The notes below the pieces were generated by a model. That model was not told where the DNA came from. It did no database searches and saw only the letters and a list, made by a program, of their open reading frames with translations. Positions 19,359-27,941 of a DNA stretch of 64,000 bases are shown here, one piece after another. Position 1 is the first letter of the stretch, and each line of letters opens with the position of its first letter. The translations under genes were made by a program, and so were the position numbers. This DNA is from Patescibacteria group bacterium. Lineage in GTDB: Bacteria > Patescibacteriota > Patescibacteriia > UBA1558. The stretch covers positions 89,128 through 153,127 of the forward strand of contig JADHUR010000001.1 of assembly GCA_016784445.1 (NCBI GenBank), given 5' to 3'.

Positions 19359-20053
19359 TATATTATCTCTTCCTTATCTATTAATTTGAATGATTTATTA
19401 CCCAATGACTCTATATTATAGTTTACAATTTGTACTCTTTGTAATATTTCTACTTGAAATCCAACTGCTTCCATCATTCTTCTAATTTGTCTTTTCCAGC
19501 CCTGATGAAGAACTAAATACATTTCCTTGGGTCCTCTTTTTTCTAAACTATCTACTTTCGCTATACCTTCATCTAATTCAATACCATGTTTTAACTTAGC
19601 TATTAATTCTCTAGATATTTTTTTAGTAAGCCTTACTCTATATTCCTTAGCATGCTTATAGCTTGGATGAGTTAATTGTTGAGCAAGGTCTCCATCGTTT
19701 GTGAATAATAATAATCCTTCAGAATCTTTATCTAATCTTCCAACTGGAAAAAGATTATGATATTTCTCCGGCAATAAATCATAAACCGTTTTTCTACCAA
19801 GAGAATCATGAGCCGTTGTTATATATCCAACAGGTTTATTAAGCATTAAATATTGATTTGACTTGGGCAATTCAACAAACTTTCCATAAGCCATTATTTC
19901 ATCCTTATCTGGGTCTACTTGTACTCCCATTTCAGTAATAATCTCACCATTAACACTAATAACTCCTTCTTTGATTATTTCTTCTGCTCCCCTTCTGGAA
20001 GCAATGCCAGCTGCTGCTAAATATTTTTGTAATCTCATTTTATGAATATACAT
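19358..20053 (-). CDS. pseudouridine synthase (RsuA/RluB family)
   Basis: N-terminal S4 domain and catalytic motif VGRLDKDSEGLLLFTNDG. Confidence 0.75.
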   Translation of the reverse strand: MYIHKMRLQKYLAAAGIASRRGAEEIIKEGVISVNGEIITEMGVQVDPDKDEIMAYGKFVELPKSNQYLMLNKPVGYITTAHDSLGRKTVYDLLPEKYHNLFPVGRLDKDSEGLLLFTNDGDLAQQLTHPSYKHAKEYRVRLTKKISRELIAKLKHGIELDEGIAKVDSLEKRGPKEMYLVLHQGWKRQIRRMMEAVGFQVEILQRVQIVNYNIESLGNKSFKLIDKEEII

Positions 20054-20732
20054 TAACTGTTAAGCGTTCAGGTTCACTGTTTTCTTCAATGTCTGATTTA
20101 TCCTCTTCCTCATCCTCTTCTTTACTGACCCCTTCTTTATTATTCACCTCATCATCTGAAACAAAATTATCCATTCCCTCATCATCCTCTTCATCTGGAT
20201 TAAAAAGTTTGTGTAAATCTTTATTATTATTTAATACTTCATAATCTGGTAATTCATTTACATCATTAATTCCCAAGAACTTTAAAAAATCTACTGTTAC
20301 AAAATAATAGCTAATTAACATCTTTTTATCATCCTTTTTCATAACAAGACCTCGAATCATAAGATTACGAAGAATCATACTACAATTAACTCCTCTTATC
20401 TGTTCTAGCTCAGCTTTTGTAATAGGTTGACGATAAGCAATGATAGTTAAAGTTTCAAGTGACGGTCTACTTAATTCACCAGTTGTTTCATCTTTTATAA
20501 ATGTCTTTACAAGTTCCGCTTGTTCAGGTGCTGTTGTAAATTGTATAACACCACTATTGTCTATAATTCTAATGCCGGACTCATCTGTATTAAATTTCTC
20601 TTTCAATTCTTCAATTGCTTTTTTAACATCAGGAAGTTTAGAACCTTCAATTAAATCCTTAATCTTTGTTATCTTTAAAGGCTTTGTTGTAACAAATAAT
20701 AGACTTTCAATTTGTACTTTTAAATTTTTCAT
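20040..20732 (-). CDS. scpB: segregation and condensation protein B
   Basis: Tandem winged-helix ScpB signature (SRPSLETLTIIAYRQPITKAELEQIRGVN) with an acidic C-terminal tail. Confidence 0.8.
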   Translation of the reverse strand: MKNLKVQIESLLFVTTKPLKITKIKDLIEGSKLPDVKKAIEELKEKFNTDESGIRIIDNSGVIQFTTAPEQAELVKTFIKDETTGELSRPSLETLTIIAYRQPITKAELEQIRGVNCSMILRNLMIRGLVMKKDDKKMLISYYFVTVDFLKFLGINDVNELPDYEVLNNNKDLHKLFNPDEEDDEGMDNFVSDDEVNNKEGVSKEEDEEEDKSDIEENSEPERLTVNVYS

Positions 20733-21439
20733 GAATTTACACCTTCTGTTTTCTTAATAGTTATTGGATCAAAGAGAGCTCCTTGATCAACTTCAATGTC
20801 TCTTTGTTTAATAAGTTCAAGCATGGCAAGAAAACTCATAATAGTATCTGTTTTACCACCCCTGCTTAATAGTTTTTTAAAATCCATAGATACAGCTTCT
20901 TTAATGGCTGCCTTTATCTCTTTGATCTTTTCTGTAATAGTTATAGTTCTTTCAATAATAGTTTTTGGTATATATATAATTGGTTCTAATCTTCTTAAGG
21001 CATTACTAAATAATTCTTGCATAAGTGGCATTGTTATTTTCTTTGGTGGATAAAAACCTGCTTCTGCTTTTTTAGTAATTTGAGCAATTCTTGAATAAGT
21101 AAAGTTTTCTTTCCTAGCCATTTTATCTATTTTCTTACTTGCATCATGATATTCTTTATATATCTTTAATTGCTGAGCAAGATCTATTTCATCTTCCTCT
21201 TCTTCCCAAATAGCTGATGGTAATATTTCTTTAGACTTTGCATATAATAATTTAGCAGCCACCATTAAAAAATCTGCTATCTCTTCTGGATTAATAGCAG
21301 TAGCTGCATGAATATACTCTACATACTGATCTGTAACTTGAGTTAATGAAACTTCAGTAATAGGTAATTTCTGTCCTTCAATAAGTTGTAGTAGTAAATC
21401 TAAAGGACCTTCAAATTTCTCGAGCTTTATTTGATACAT
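20729..21439 (-). CDS. scpA: segregation and condensation protein A
   Basis: Kleisin N-terminus KLEKFEGPLDLLLQLIEGQKL; overlaps scpB by 4 nt. Confidence 0.8.
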   Translation of the reverse strand: MYQIKLEKFEGPLDLLLQLIEGQKLPITEVSLTQVTDQYVEYIHAATAINPEEIADFLMVAAKLLYAKSKEILPSAIWEEEEDEIDLAQQLKIYKEYHDASKKIDKMARKENFTYSRIAQITKKAEAGFYPPKKITMPLMQELFSNALRRLEPIIYIPKTIIERTITITEKIKEIKAAIKEAVSMDFKKLLSRGGKTDTIMSFLAMLELIKQRDIEVDQGALFDPITIKKTEGVNS

Positions 21440-21996
21440 TATTTAGTTTTCCTAGGTTTTGCCTTTGACTTTGGCTTTTTCTTAGCACTTTTCTTTTTTG
21501 GTTTTTGCTTCTTTTGTTTTTTAATCTTCTTAGCAATAGTAAATACTCCATCTATATAATCATCTGTAATTTTAGCAAATTCCTTAACCGGCATTTCAAT
21601 ACTTTCAGTAAGTGAACCAGATGAAAAGACAGCCTTTTTTACTTTAAGAAGGTTCTTATCTATTATAGTTTCTACTTTATGCATAAAACCAAAGGCTGTT
21701 AAAGTTCCTGGCTTAATATTTAAAGCAGTCGCTATTTGTTTCTCATTTGGAATGGTTACCTTTTTAACATCAAGTACTTTTGCAAGCTTATCTAAATTAA
21801 GATTCTTATTGGCTGGCACATGAATTAAATAATATGTACCGCCAGCCTTTACCATTAAAGTTTTAACTATTTGTTCTAGCTTTTTTTTAGTTGTTTGAGC
21901 AGCATCATATGCTGTATACACTTTACGATGAGCGATTATCTCATACTTTGCAGATAAATCATCCAATTTTTTAATAAGTTTTTTTGAAATAGCCAT
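21439..21996 (-). CDS. YbaK/ProX-type aminoacyl-tRNA deacylase-like protein with a Lys-rich tail
   Basis: Collinear with YbaK (VKTLMVKAGG...KLAKVLDVKKV...KPGTLTAFG...VFSSGS). The C-terminal KKQKKQKPKKKSAKKKPKSKAKPRK tail is unusual for the family. Confidence 0.5.
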   Translation of the reverse strand: MAISKKLIKKLDDLSAKYEIIAHRKVYTAYDAAQTTKKKLEQIVKTLMVKAGGTYYLIHVPANKNLNLDKLAKVLDVKKVTIPNEKQIATALNIKPGTLTAFGFMHKVETIIDKNLLKVKKAVFSSGSLTESIEMPVKEFAKITDDYIDGVFTIAKKIKKQKKQKPKKKSAKKKPKSKAKPRKTK

Positions 21997-22007
21997 ATAT
22001 TTAAATT

Positions 22008-22325
22008 TTATTTTTTAAGCTTTCTTTTCTTAAATGGAAACTCTGCTTGCTCTCCCAGAAGCTTCTTAGCTTCTTTTTTACCAAGTGATGTAAATTTAAC
22101 CTCTTTTATAAACCACTTTAATTTTGTTCTCTCACCGAAACCTACAAGCAAACCTTTATCTATTAATCGCTCTATACTTTGAGTAATGATTTTAGTTTGC
22201 ATTTCCTTAGCGGGAGCATTCTTTTGAGACTCATAAAATTTTACTAATCCACTTCTTCCAATTTTAACTTTCCTTGCATCCCATACTTCTCTTAATATAT
22301 ATTTCTGAAGATTAGAAAGTCTCAT
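22008..22325 (-). CDS. hypothetical basic protein (105 aa)
   Basis: ORF only; possibly a winged-helix protein. Confidence 0.3.
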   Translation of the reverse strand: MRLSNLQKYILREVWDARKVKIGRSGLVKFYESQKNAPAKEMQTKIITQSIERLIDKGLLVGFGERTKLKWFIKEVKFTSLGKKEAKKLLGEQAEFPFKKRKLKK

Positions 22326-22333
22326 ATATTTGT

Positions 22334-23752
22334 CTAGCTCTCTTTAATACTAATACCAAGCTCATCTAACTGTTTCTTATCTACATCAGATGGACTTTCC
22401 ATGAGCGGATCTCTAACATCTCCAGTAAGCGGAAAGGCAATTACTTCTTTTATGCTTTTCTCACCAGCAAGTAATGATACTAATCTATCGAAACCTGGCG
22501 CAATGCCACCATGCGGTGGAACACCATATTTAAAAGCTTCAATTAAGTGAGCAAATTGTTTTTTCTGCTTAGCATCGAAACCAATTAAATCCCAAATCTT
22601 TTCTTGAACTTTAGGATCATGAATTCTTACACTACCACCACCAACTTCCCAACCATTTAGAACTAAGTCATGTTGCAATGATTTAACCTTCCCTGGATCT
22701 TTATCTAACAAATGAATATCTTCTGGCTTTGGAGCTGTAAACATATGATGTGATGGTGCCCATTTATCTCCCGCTCCATGAAAATGATCTTCTTCAGACT
22801 GTTCAGTAAATAATGGGAAATTAATTACAAAAGCAAAAGCAAGTTCATTTGAATCATTCTTATCCTTTCGAAGATCTGGCTTATCTGTACCATATTCTTT
22901 CATTACATCATCGTAATTAAGTCTTGGAAACTTATCGAATGTCATTTTCTTCTCTGGAAAATGTTTTTTAATAAGTTCTGTAAACATCTTCTCGACTAAA
23001 TCAAGAATCTCCTCTTGAGTCATAAAACTCATCTCCATATCTATCTGATAGAATTCTCCTGGTGATCTATCTGCTCTAGCATCTTCATCACGAAAACATG
23101 GAGCTATTTGAAAATATCTATCCATACCAGCTACCATTAACAATTGTTTATACTGTTGCGGAGACTGTGGCAATGCAAAAAACTTTCCATTATGTACACG
23201 TGATGGAACTAAATAGTCTCTAGCACCCTCTGGTGTAGATTTAGTAAGAATAGGAGTTTGAATTTCAATAAAGTCATTATCGTGAAGCCAATTACGAGTA
23301 AAGCTCATAACCTTATCTCTAATCTGCATATTCTTTAGCATTCTTTCATGTCTAAGGTCTAAGTATCTATATTTCAATCTTAATTCTTCACCAGCCTGTC
23401 TTTCTTCATTATCTATTTCAAATGGAGGTGTTTCAGATTCATTCAACACTTCTATTTCTTTAGCAAGTATTTCAATACTACCAGTTGGTACATCTTTATT
23501 GATCTGTTTCTCTCCTCTTTTATTTACAATACCTTTAATACTAACTACATACTCTGGTCTAATTCTCTTCAATTCTTCTTGAGACTTATCATCTAATTCT
23601 GCTGGAACACCAACAACCTGTACAATACCCCAACGATCCCTAATATCTAAAAAAGAAATCTTACCCATATTTCTACGAGCATTTACCCAACCTTTTATTA
23701 ATACTTCTTTGCCCTCCTGCTTTACTGTTTCAACTGTTTTTAATCTCTGCAT
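22334..23752 (-). CDS. aspS: aspartyl-tRNA synthetase (bacterial type lacking the GAD insertion)
   Basis: OB-fold anticodon-binding N-terminus, QSPQQYKQLLMVAG, motif 2 FRDEDARADRSPGEFYQIDMEMSF and motif 3 GIAPGFDRLV. At 472 aa it is shorter than canonical bacterial AspRS. Confidence 0.85.
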   Translation of the reverse strand: MQRLKTVETVKQEGKEVLIKGWVNARRNMGKISFLDIRDRWGIVQVVGVPAELDDKSQEELKRIRPEYVVSIKGIVNKRGEKQINKDVPTGSIEILAKEIEVLNESETPPFEIDNEERQAGEELRLKYRYLDLRHERMLKNMQIRDKVMSFTRNWLHDNDFIEIQTPILTKSTPEGARDYLVPSRVHNGKFFALPQSPQQYKQLLMVAGMDRYFQIAPCFRDEDARADRSPGEFYQIDMEMSFMTQEEILDLVEKMFTELIKKHFPEKKMTFDKFPRLNYDDVMKEYGTDKPDLRKDKNDSNELAFAFVINFPLFTEQSEEDHFHGAGDKWAPSHHMFTAPKPEDIHLLDKDPGKVKSLQHDLVLNGWEVGGGSVRIHDPKVQEKIWDLIGFDAKQKKQFAHLIEAFKYGVPPHGGIAPGFDRLVSLLAGEKSIKEVIAFPLTGDVRDPLMESPSDVDKKQLDELGISIKES

Positions 23753-23897
23753 ATTATTACTTATTTTTATTGAATTTTAGACTATTTCTCTTATTTTTTC
23801 CACAAGTAAACTTGACTTTTATTGTACTTTTAGTATAATACAATTATTAAGACGAAAGAGGATCCGAACGGCTAAATACCTAAGGAGCCTTTTTTAT

Positions 23898-24404
23898 TTA
23901 TACAATCTTTCTCTTAACATCTTTATTCTCTAAACAGTCGAAATACTCAGATCCTACACTCTTATATAAAGAAGAGGCAAACTCATTATTAGGAAATAGT
24001 ATCTTCTTTAACCTATTCTCATTAATTAAATAATCTACTAACATCTTATAATCTCCGTCACCAGATACAAGAACTATTTTATCAAATGGTTCTTTTTTGT
24101 TAATTTTTTTCATTACATCAAAAATAATATCTGAATCTACATTACCCTTCTTTTTACCAATCATAGCAGAGGTATGTTGTCTAAATCTTAATATAAAACC
24201 AGCTGCCTGAATTTCCTCATATAATTCCTGATATTTTTCATCTACATAACCAAAAAAGTAATATGCTTTTTTTACGTGATGTTTTGCAGATAAATAAATT
24301 CTAAATTTAACCAAATCTACTTTCCATGACTTCTTAGAACTCTTTGTAGTGCCCATGTATAGATTTTGTCCATCTACGAATGCTAAATTATTTTCTTCTT
24401 TCAT
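23898..24404 (-). CDS. NYN/LabA-like (PIN-related) domain protein
   Basis: LAFVDGQNLY...VLVSGDGDY pattern of the NYN ribonuclease fold. Confidence 0.6.
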   Translation of the reverse strand: MKEENNLAFVDGQNLYMGTTKSSKKSWKVDLVKFRIYLSAKHHVKKAYYFFGYVDEKYQELYEEIQAAGFILRFRQHTSAMIGKKKGNVDSDIIFDVMKKINKKEPFDKIVLVSGDGDYKMLVDYLINENRLKKILFPNNEFASSLYKSVGSEYFDCLENKDVKRKIV

Positions 24405-24405
24405 G

Positions 24406-25734
24406 CTACGGTTCTAATCTATTAATCATACGTGGGAAAGGAATTGTTTCCCTAACATGTTTTGTGCCACACATCCAACCGACAAGTCTCTCAAGACCAA
24501 TACCGAATCCTGAATGTGGAACACTACCATATTTACGTATATCTAAATACCATTGAAACTCTTTCTCAGGTAATTTATGTTCTCTAATTCTTTTAAGAAG
24601 CTCATCATGATCATCTTCTCTTTGACTACCACCAATAATCTCTCCAAAACCCTCTGGTGCTATCATATCATCACATAAAGCTAATTTTCCATCCTCACTT
24701 CTTTTCATATAGAAAGCTTTAATCTCTGCTGGCCAATGAGTAACAAATACCGGTACATCTAAATCACTTGTCAATAATGTCTCATCATCTCCACCAAGAT
24801 CTTCATCCTTCTTAATATCTGATCCTAAACCATTCAACTTCTTTACCGCTTCAGCATGAGTCATTCTAACAAATGGAGCTTTAATCTTGGAAAGTTTTTC
24901 TATATCCCGTTCCAAAATATTTAACTCGATAGTATTGAGTTCAATAACCTTTTCAACAATGTGAGATATTAATTCTTCTTGAACTTTTAAATTATCTTCA
25001 TGCTCTGCCCAGGCCATCTCAGCATCCATCATCCAAAATTCTGTAAGATGTCTTCTTGTTTTAGACTTCTCTGCTCTAAATACTGGACCAAAGTCGAAAA
25101 CCTTAGAATGTGCAGAAATTGCTGCTTCTAAATATAATTGTCCAGATTGAGATAAATATGCCTTTCTTTCTCCAAAATAGTCCATTTCGAATAGTTCGGT
25201 TGTCCCTTCACATGCATTTGGTGTAAGAATTGGTGAATCTATTTTAATAAATCCATTAATATTCAAATATTCATAAATAGCATTAATAATAGTATTACGT
25301 ATTTTCTGAATTGCCACTTGTCTAGATGACCTTAACCATAAATGTCTATTATCTAAAAGAAAATCTGGACCATGCTCTTTTTTACTAATAGGATACTCAT
25401 CTGCTAATTGAACAAGCTCTAAGCCAGACACCTGCAACTCATACTCCTCTTTCTTAGGGTGTTTACTTATCATTCCTTTAACTATCACTGAGCTTTCCAT
25501 TGTTAGAGTAGATACCATTTCCCAAATGCTCTCATCAATCTCAGATTGAGCTATAATAGCCTGAATTACCCCATAACCGTCTCTAAGCTGTAAAAAAGAT
25601 ATCTTGCCACTACTGCGAAAATTAGCCACCCAGCCTTTAAGGGTGACTTCTTTATCTACGAAATCTTTAGCTATATTTGTTTTGAAATTTTCCATAAGTA
25701 TAGATATTATAATGTTTTTTATAGATCTGGTCAA
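24406..25734 (-). CDS. asnS: asparaginyl-tRNA synthetase
   Basis: Motif 2 FRAEKSKTRRHLTEFWMMDAEMAW and motif 3 GFGIGLERLV are AsnRS-specific. Met15 (MENFKT) is an alternative start. Confidence 0.85.
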   Translation of the reverse strand: MTRSIKNIIISILMENFKTNIAKDFVDKEVTLKGWVANFRSSGKISFLQLRDGYGVIQAIIAQSEIDESIWEMVSTLTMESSVIVKGMISKHPKKEEYELQVSGLELVQLADEYPISKKEHGPDFLLDNRHLWLRSSRQVAIQKIRNTIINAIYEYLNINGFIKIDSPILTPNACEGTTELFEMDYFGERKAYLSQSGQLYLEAAISAHSKVFDFGPVFRAEKSKTRRHLTEFWMMDAEMAWAEHEDNLKVQEELISHIVEKVIELNTIELNILERDIEKLSKIKAPFVRMTHAEAVKKLNGLGSDIKKDEDLGGDDETLLTSDLDVPVFVTHWPAEIKAFYMKRSEDGKLALCDDMIAPEGFGEIIGGSQREDDHDELLKRIREHKLPEKEFQWYLDIRKYGSVPHSGFGIGLERLVGWMCGTKHVRETIPFPRMINRLEP

Positions 25735-25819
25735 TATATTTAAAAGGTTGACGAATGCTTCTTACCTTGGTAATATATTTTTATAATTCATGACATAAAA
25801 ACCATAAAGGGGTAATAAA

Positions 25820-25969
25820 ATGAATGCAAAACGAAAATCAGAAAAACCGATACACCACCCTTCGCCAAGAGAGCTGGAACATGAGTTTAATAGACTGGAG
25901 GAACTAGGACCCGGTGAAAAAGCTAAGAAAGAAAAAGAGGAAAGAGACTCAAAACCAAAAAAACAATAA
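25820..25969 (+). CDS. possible small basic protein (49 aa)
   Basis: SD AAAGGGG 7 nt upstream of the ATG. The opposite-strand ORF (25762..25980) is low-complexity Ser/Leu-rich, so the plus frame is the more plausible coding one. Confidence 0.3.
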   Translation: MNAKRKSEKPIHHPSPRELEHEFNRLEELGPGEKAKKEKEERDSKPKKQ

Positions 25970-26039
25970 ACTCTCTGCACCTAAAGACAAATAATTCTAA
26001 AAACTTTCAACTCAGCGCTAAACACAAGTTTGGCGCTTT

Positions 26040-26714
26040 TTACTTTTTACTAAGAACCTTAATAATATACTTTTTATACTGTAGCTGCTCTCTTATACTA
26101 TTCTGCATTTCAAGTGAAATAATATCTCCAAAATATTTTTTTGGAATTTCCTTCAAATAATTCAATTGTTTTATATTTCGAACAAAATGTATATCTCTTC
26201 TATATCTGTATGAATAGCCATTCAAGTGATTACACCCCACCTTATATTCCTTCACATTTTTATCTATTTCATCAAATTCTTTTGCTCCCCTATTTTTAGC
26301 CGCCCACATGTGAGAAAAATCTATACATAGTCCAGCGATGGTACTCACACTCACCATCTTAGGTATGTAATTATTATAATTATATTCCAAATAAATATAT
26401 TTCTTATATTCTGGATATTTATTTAAATCATCAAAGGAATGCTCATGAATATTAAAACACCTAGTACCATATTTTTTAAAAAAGAAATCCATTTCCCATT
26501 TCTTAAAATCATCCCTAATGTGTACATGAGGAATATATTTGATATTACTTTTTTCTAAAGCTTTATATAATTTCTTTCTTTCTGTAATTTTTAAAAATGT
26601 GGGAAAAACAGACACCGAAGTAATGCCAAGTCTATCGCATTCCCAAATCTTATTTTGCCATGACTCTTTAGGACCAGTTGTTATGCATGGATATATTTTT
26701 TTTGACCAATTCAT
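26040..26714 (-). CDS. hypothetical protein (224 aa)
   Basis: ORF with no confident family assignment; several His/Glu/Asp candidate ligands. Confidence 0.4.
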   Translation of the reverse strand: MNWSKKIYPCITTGPKESWQNKIWECDRLGITSVSVFPTFLKITERKKLYKALEKSNIKYIPHVHIRDDFKKWEMDFFFKKYGTRCFNIHEHSFDDLNKYPEYKKYIYLEYNYNNYIPKMVSVSTIAGLCIDFSHMWAAKNRGAKEFDEIDKNVKEYKVGCNHLNGYSYRYRRDIHFVRNIKQLNYLKEIPKKYFGDIISLEMQNSIREQLQYKKYIIKVLSKK

Positions 26715-26743
26715 ATATGTATTTTATCATATACGCCCCCTTA

Positions 26744-26772
26744 TTGACATAATGCTAAATACACTATAGAAT
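26744..26772 (+). promoter_or_regulatory. sigma70-like promoter (TTGACA-17-TAGAAT)
   Basis: Consensus -35 hexamer at 26744-26749 and TAGAAT at 26767-26772, 17 nt apart, pointing into an ORF-free GC-enriched stretch. Confidence 0.4.
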
Positions 26773-26778
26773 ACTACT

Positions 26779-26992
26779 GATCTGTTCATTTCGTTGTTAA
26801 ACAACTAAGTTGCTGGGCTTTGTATAACCTATGATAATGGAGTCTCCATTTCTCATTACAATGCTTTTATCCTACTTCAAGCTTAAATAATGAAAAGAAG
26901 GGCACTACATAGTCCCAGCAACGAAGCTTTATCTCCGCTGTCCTGCACTAGTGAAATAACAAAGAACCCCTGGCGCCAGCTGGGGGTTTTTC
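26779..26992 (+). ncRNA. candidate small structured RNA of unknown class (about 210 nt)
   Basis: Bounded by the promoter above and a plus-oriented intrinsic terminator (ccccTGGCGCCAgctggggg + TTTTT at 26966-26992). Local GC is higher than the flanks. Long-range complementarity ttgctgggc (about 26809) / gcccagcaa (about 26913) and a local hairpin gttgtt-a-aacaac. No conserved protein-like ORF. Confidence 0.3.
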
Positions 26993-27010
26993 ATATATAA
27001 ATAGATAAAT

Positions 27011-27043
27011 AAAAAACAGGGTCGTGCGAACCCTATTTTTTTT
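27011..27043 (-). terminator. bidirectional intrinsic terminator after the RRM gene
   Basis: agggt-cgtgcga-accct hairpin flanked by an A6 run and a T9 run. Confidence 0.6.
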
Positions 27044-27059
27044 ATGATATCGTAAGTAT

Positions 27060-27320
27060 TTAACGACGATCAGTCATTGGTCTAGCTTCGTTCACCTTAA
27101 CTGCACGACCATCGATTTCTTTGTCATTCCACATCTCAATAGCAGCTTGTGCTTCTTCTGGTGTGGACATTTCAACGAAACCAAATCCTTTAGAACGACC
27201 TGACATCTTATCTGTGATAACAACAGCTGATTCAACAGAACCTGCTTGTCCAAAGGACTCTTTCAACATATCTTCAGTAGTAGAGTATGAAAGGTTACCA
27301 ACGTATAACTTTTTTTCCAT
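27060..27320 (-). CDS. RRM-type RNA-binding protein
   Basis: RNP2 KLYVGNL and RNP1 KGFGFVEM motifs. Codon usage is GC-richer than the neighbours, as expected for a highly expressed gene. Confidence 0.8.
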   Translation of the reverse strand: MEKKLYVGNLSYSTTEDMLKESFGQAGSVESAVVITDKMSGRSKGFGFVEMSTPEEAQAAIEMWNDKEIDGRAVKVNEARPMTDRR

Positions 27321-27449
27321 TTGTAAATTTTCTTGTTTTAATTAAACTGCAAGACGACCTCCTCTAGATACTACCTTAAATGCATTATTTTCTACCCCGC
27401 ACTGTCCAGGTAATAAAATAACACGAATAATATTGAGTGTTCTTACCCG

Positions 27450-27482
27450 TGCATTATACACGTTTTGAGTAAAATGTCAAGG
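27450..27482 (-). promoter_or_regulatory. consensus sigma70 promoter for the RRM gene (TTGACA-16-TATAAT)
   Basis: On the minus strand the -35 is TTGACA (27475-27480) and the -10 is TATAAT (27453-27458), both exact. This implies a 5' UTR of about 125 nt. Confidence 0.55.
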
Positions 27483-27491
27483 TCTAGATCT

Positions 27492-27514
27492 AAAAAACCC
27501 CTATCAAATAGAGG
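27492..27514 (-). terminator. intrinsic terminator after 27539..27940
   Basis: cccctat-caa-atagagg hairpin followed on the minus strand by T6. Confidence 0.45.
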
Positions 27515-27538
27515 TTCTTACTTATCTCAAATATATAC

Positions 27539-27940
27539 TTATACTTTATATTGCCTTATAAACTCCTGCTCATCACCGTAATTAACAAAACCTTCATGGT
27601 GTTCTGGTTCTTTAAATCCATTCACTGATCCATGTTTAATTCCACACCAATACTTTTCAGTCTCTCCAGCTATTCTTACCCAATAAGCCATCACTCCATT
27701 TGCATAACCACAATACATGCAAGCAAGTTTCTGCCTTAAATTTAAATAGCTAAGCTTATGTCTGTCTATTACTATATACTCTTCTCTTTTAATATATGGA
27801 TAACCATAAATTGGAAAACTTATTTTATGATAAAGCTCAATAAAAAAATCTAATACTAATATTGGAATAATAGGTAAAAAAATAAACAACTGCACAGGTA
27901 TATGTTTTATATGTCTGTATTTTACTCTTAAAAACTTCAT
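27539..27940 (-). CDS. hypothetical membrane protein (Cys/His-containing C-terminal domain)
   Basis: N-terminal TM helix; C-terminus CMYCGYANG...WCGIKHG. Confidence 0.4.
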   Translation of the reverse strand: MKFLRVKYRHIKHIPVQLFIFLPIIPILVLDFFIELYHKISFPIYGYPYIKREEYIVIDRHKLSYLNLRQKLACMYCGYANGVMAYWVRIAGETEKYWCGIKHGSVNGFKEPEHHEGFVNYGDEQEFIRQYKV

Positions 27941-27941
27941 A

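Noticed and set aside
25762-25980. 72-aa minus-strand ORF listed in the track
   Set aside because: Ser/Leu/Phe low-complexity translation; the opposite strand has an SD-preceded ORF.
26779-26992. SRP (4.5S) RNA assignment for the candidate sRNA
   Set aside because: The conserved helix-8 GGAA/AGCAG-type motif could not be aligned convincingly by eye; it is left as an unknown class.
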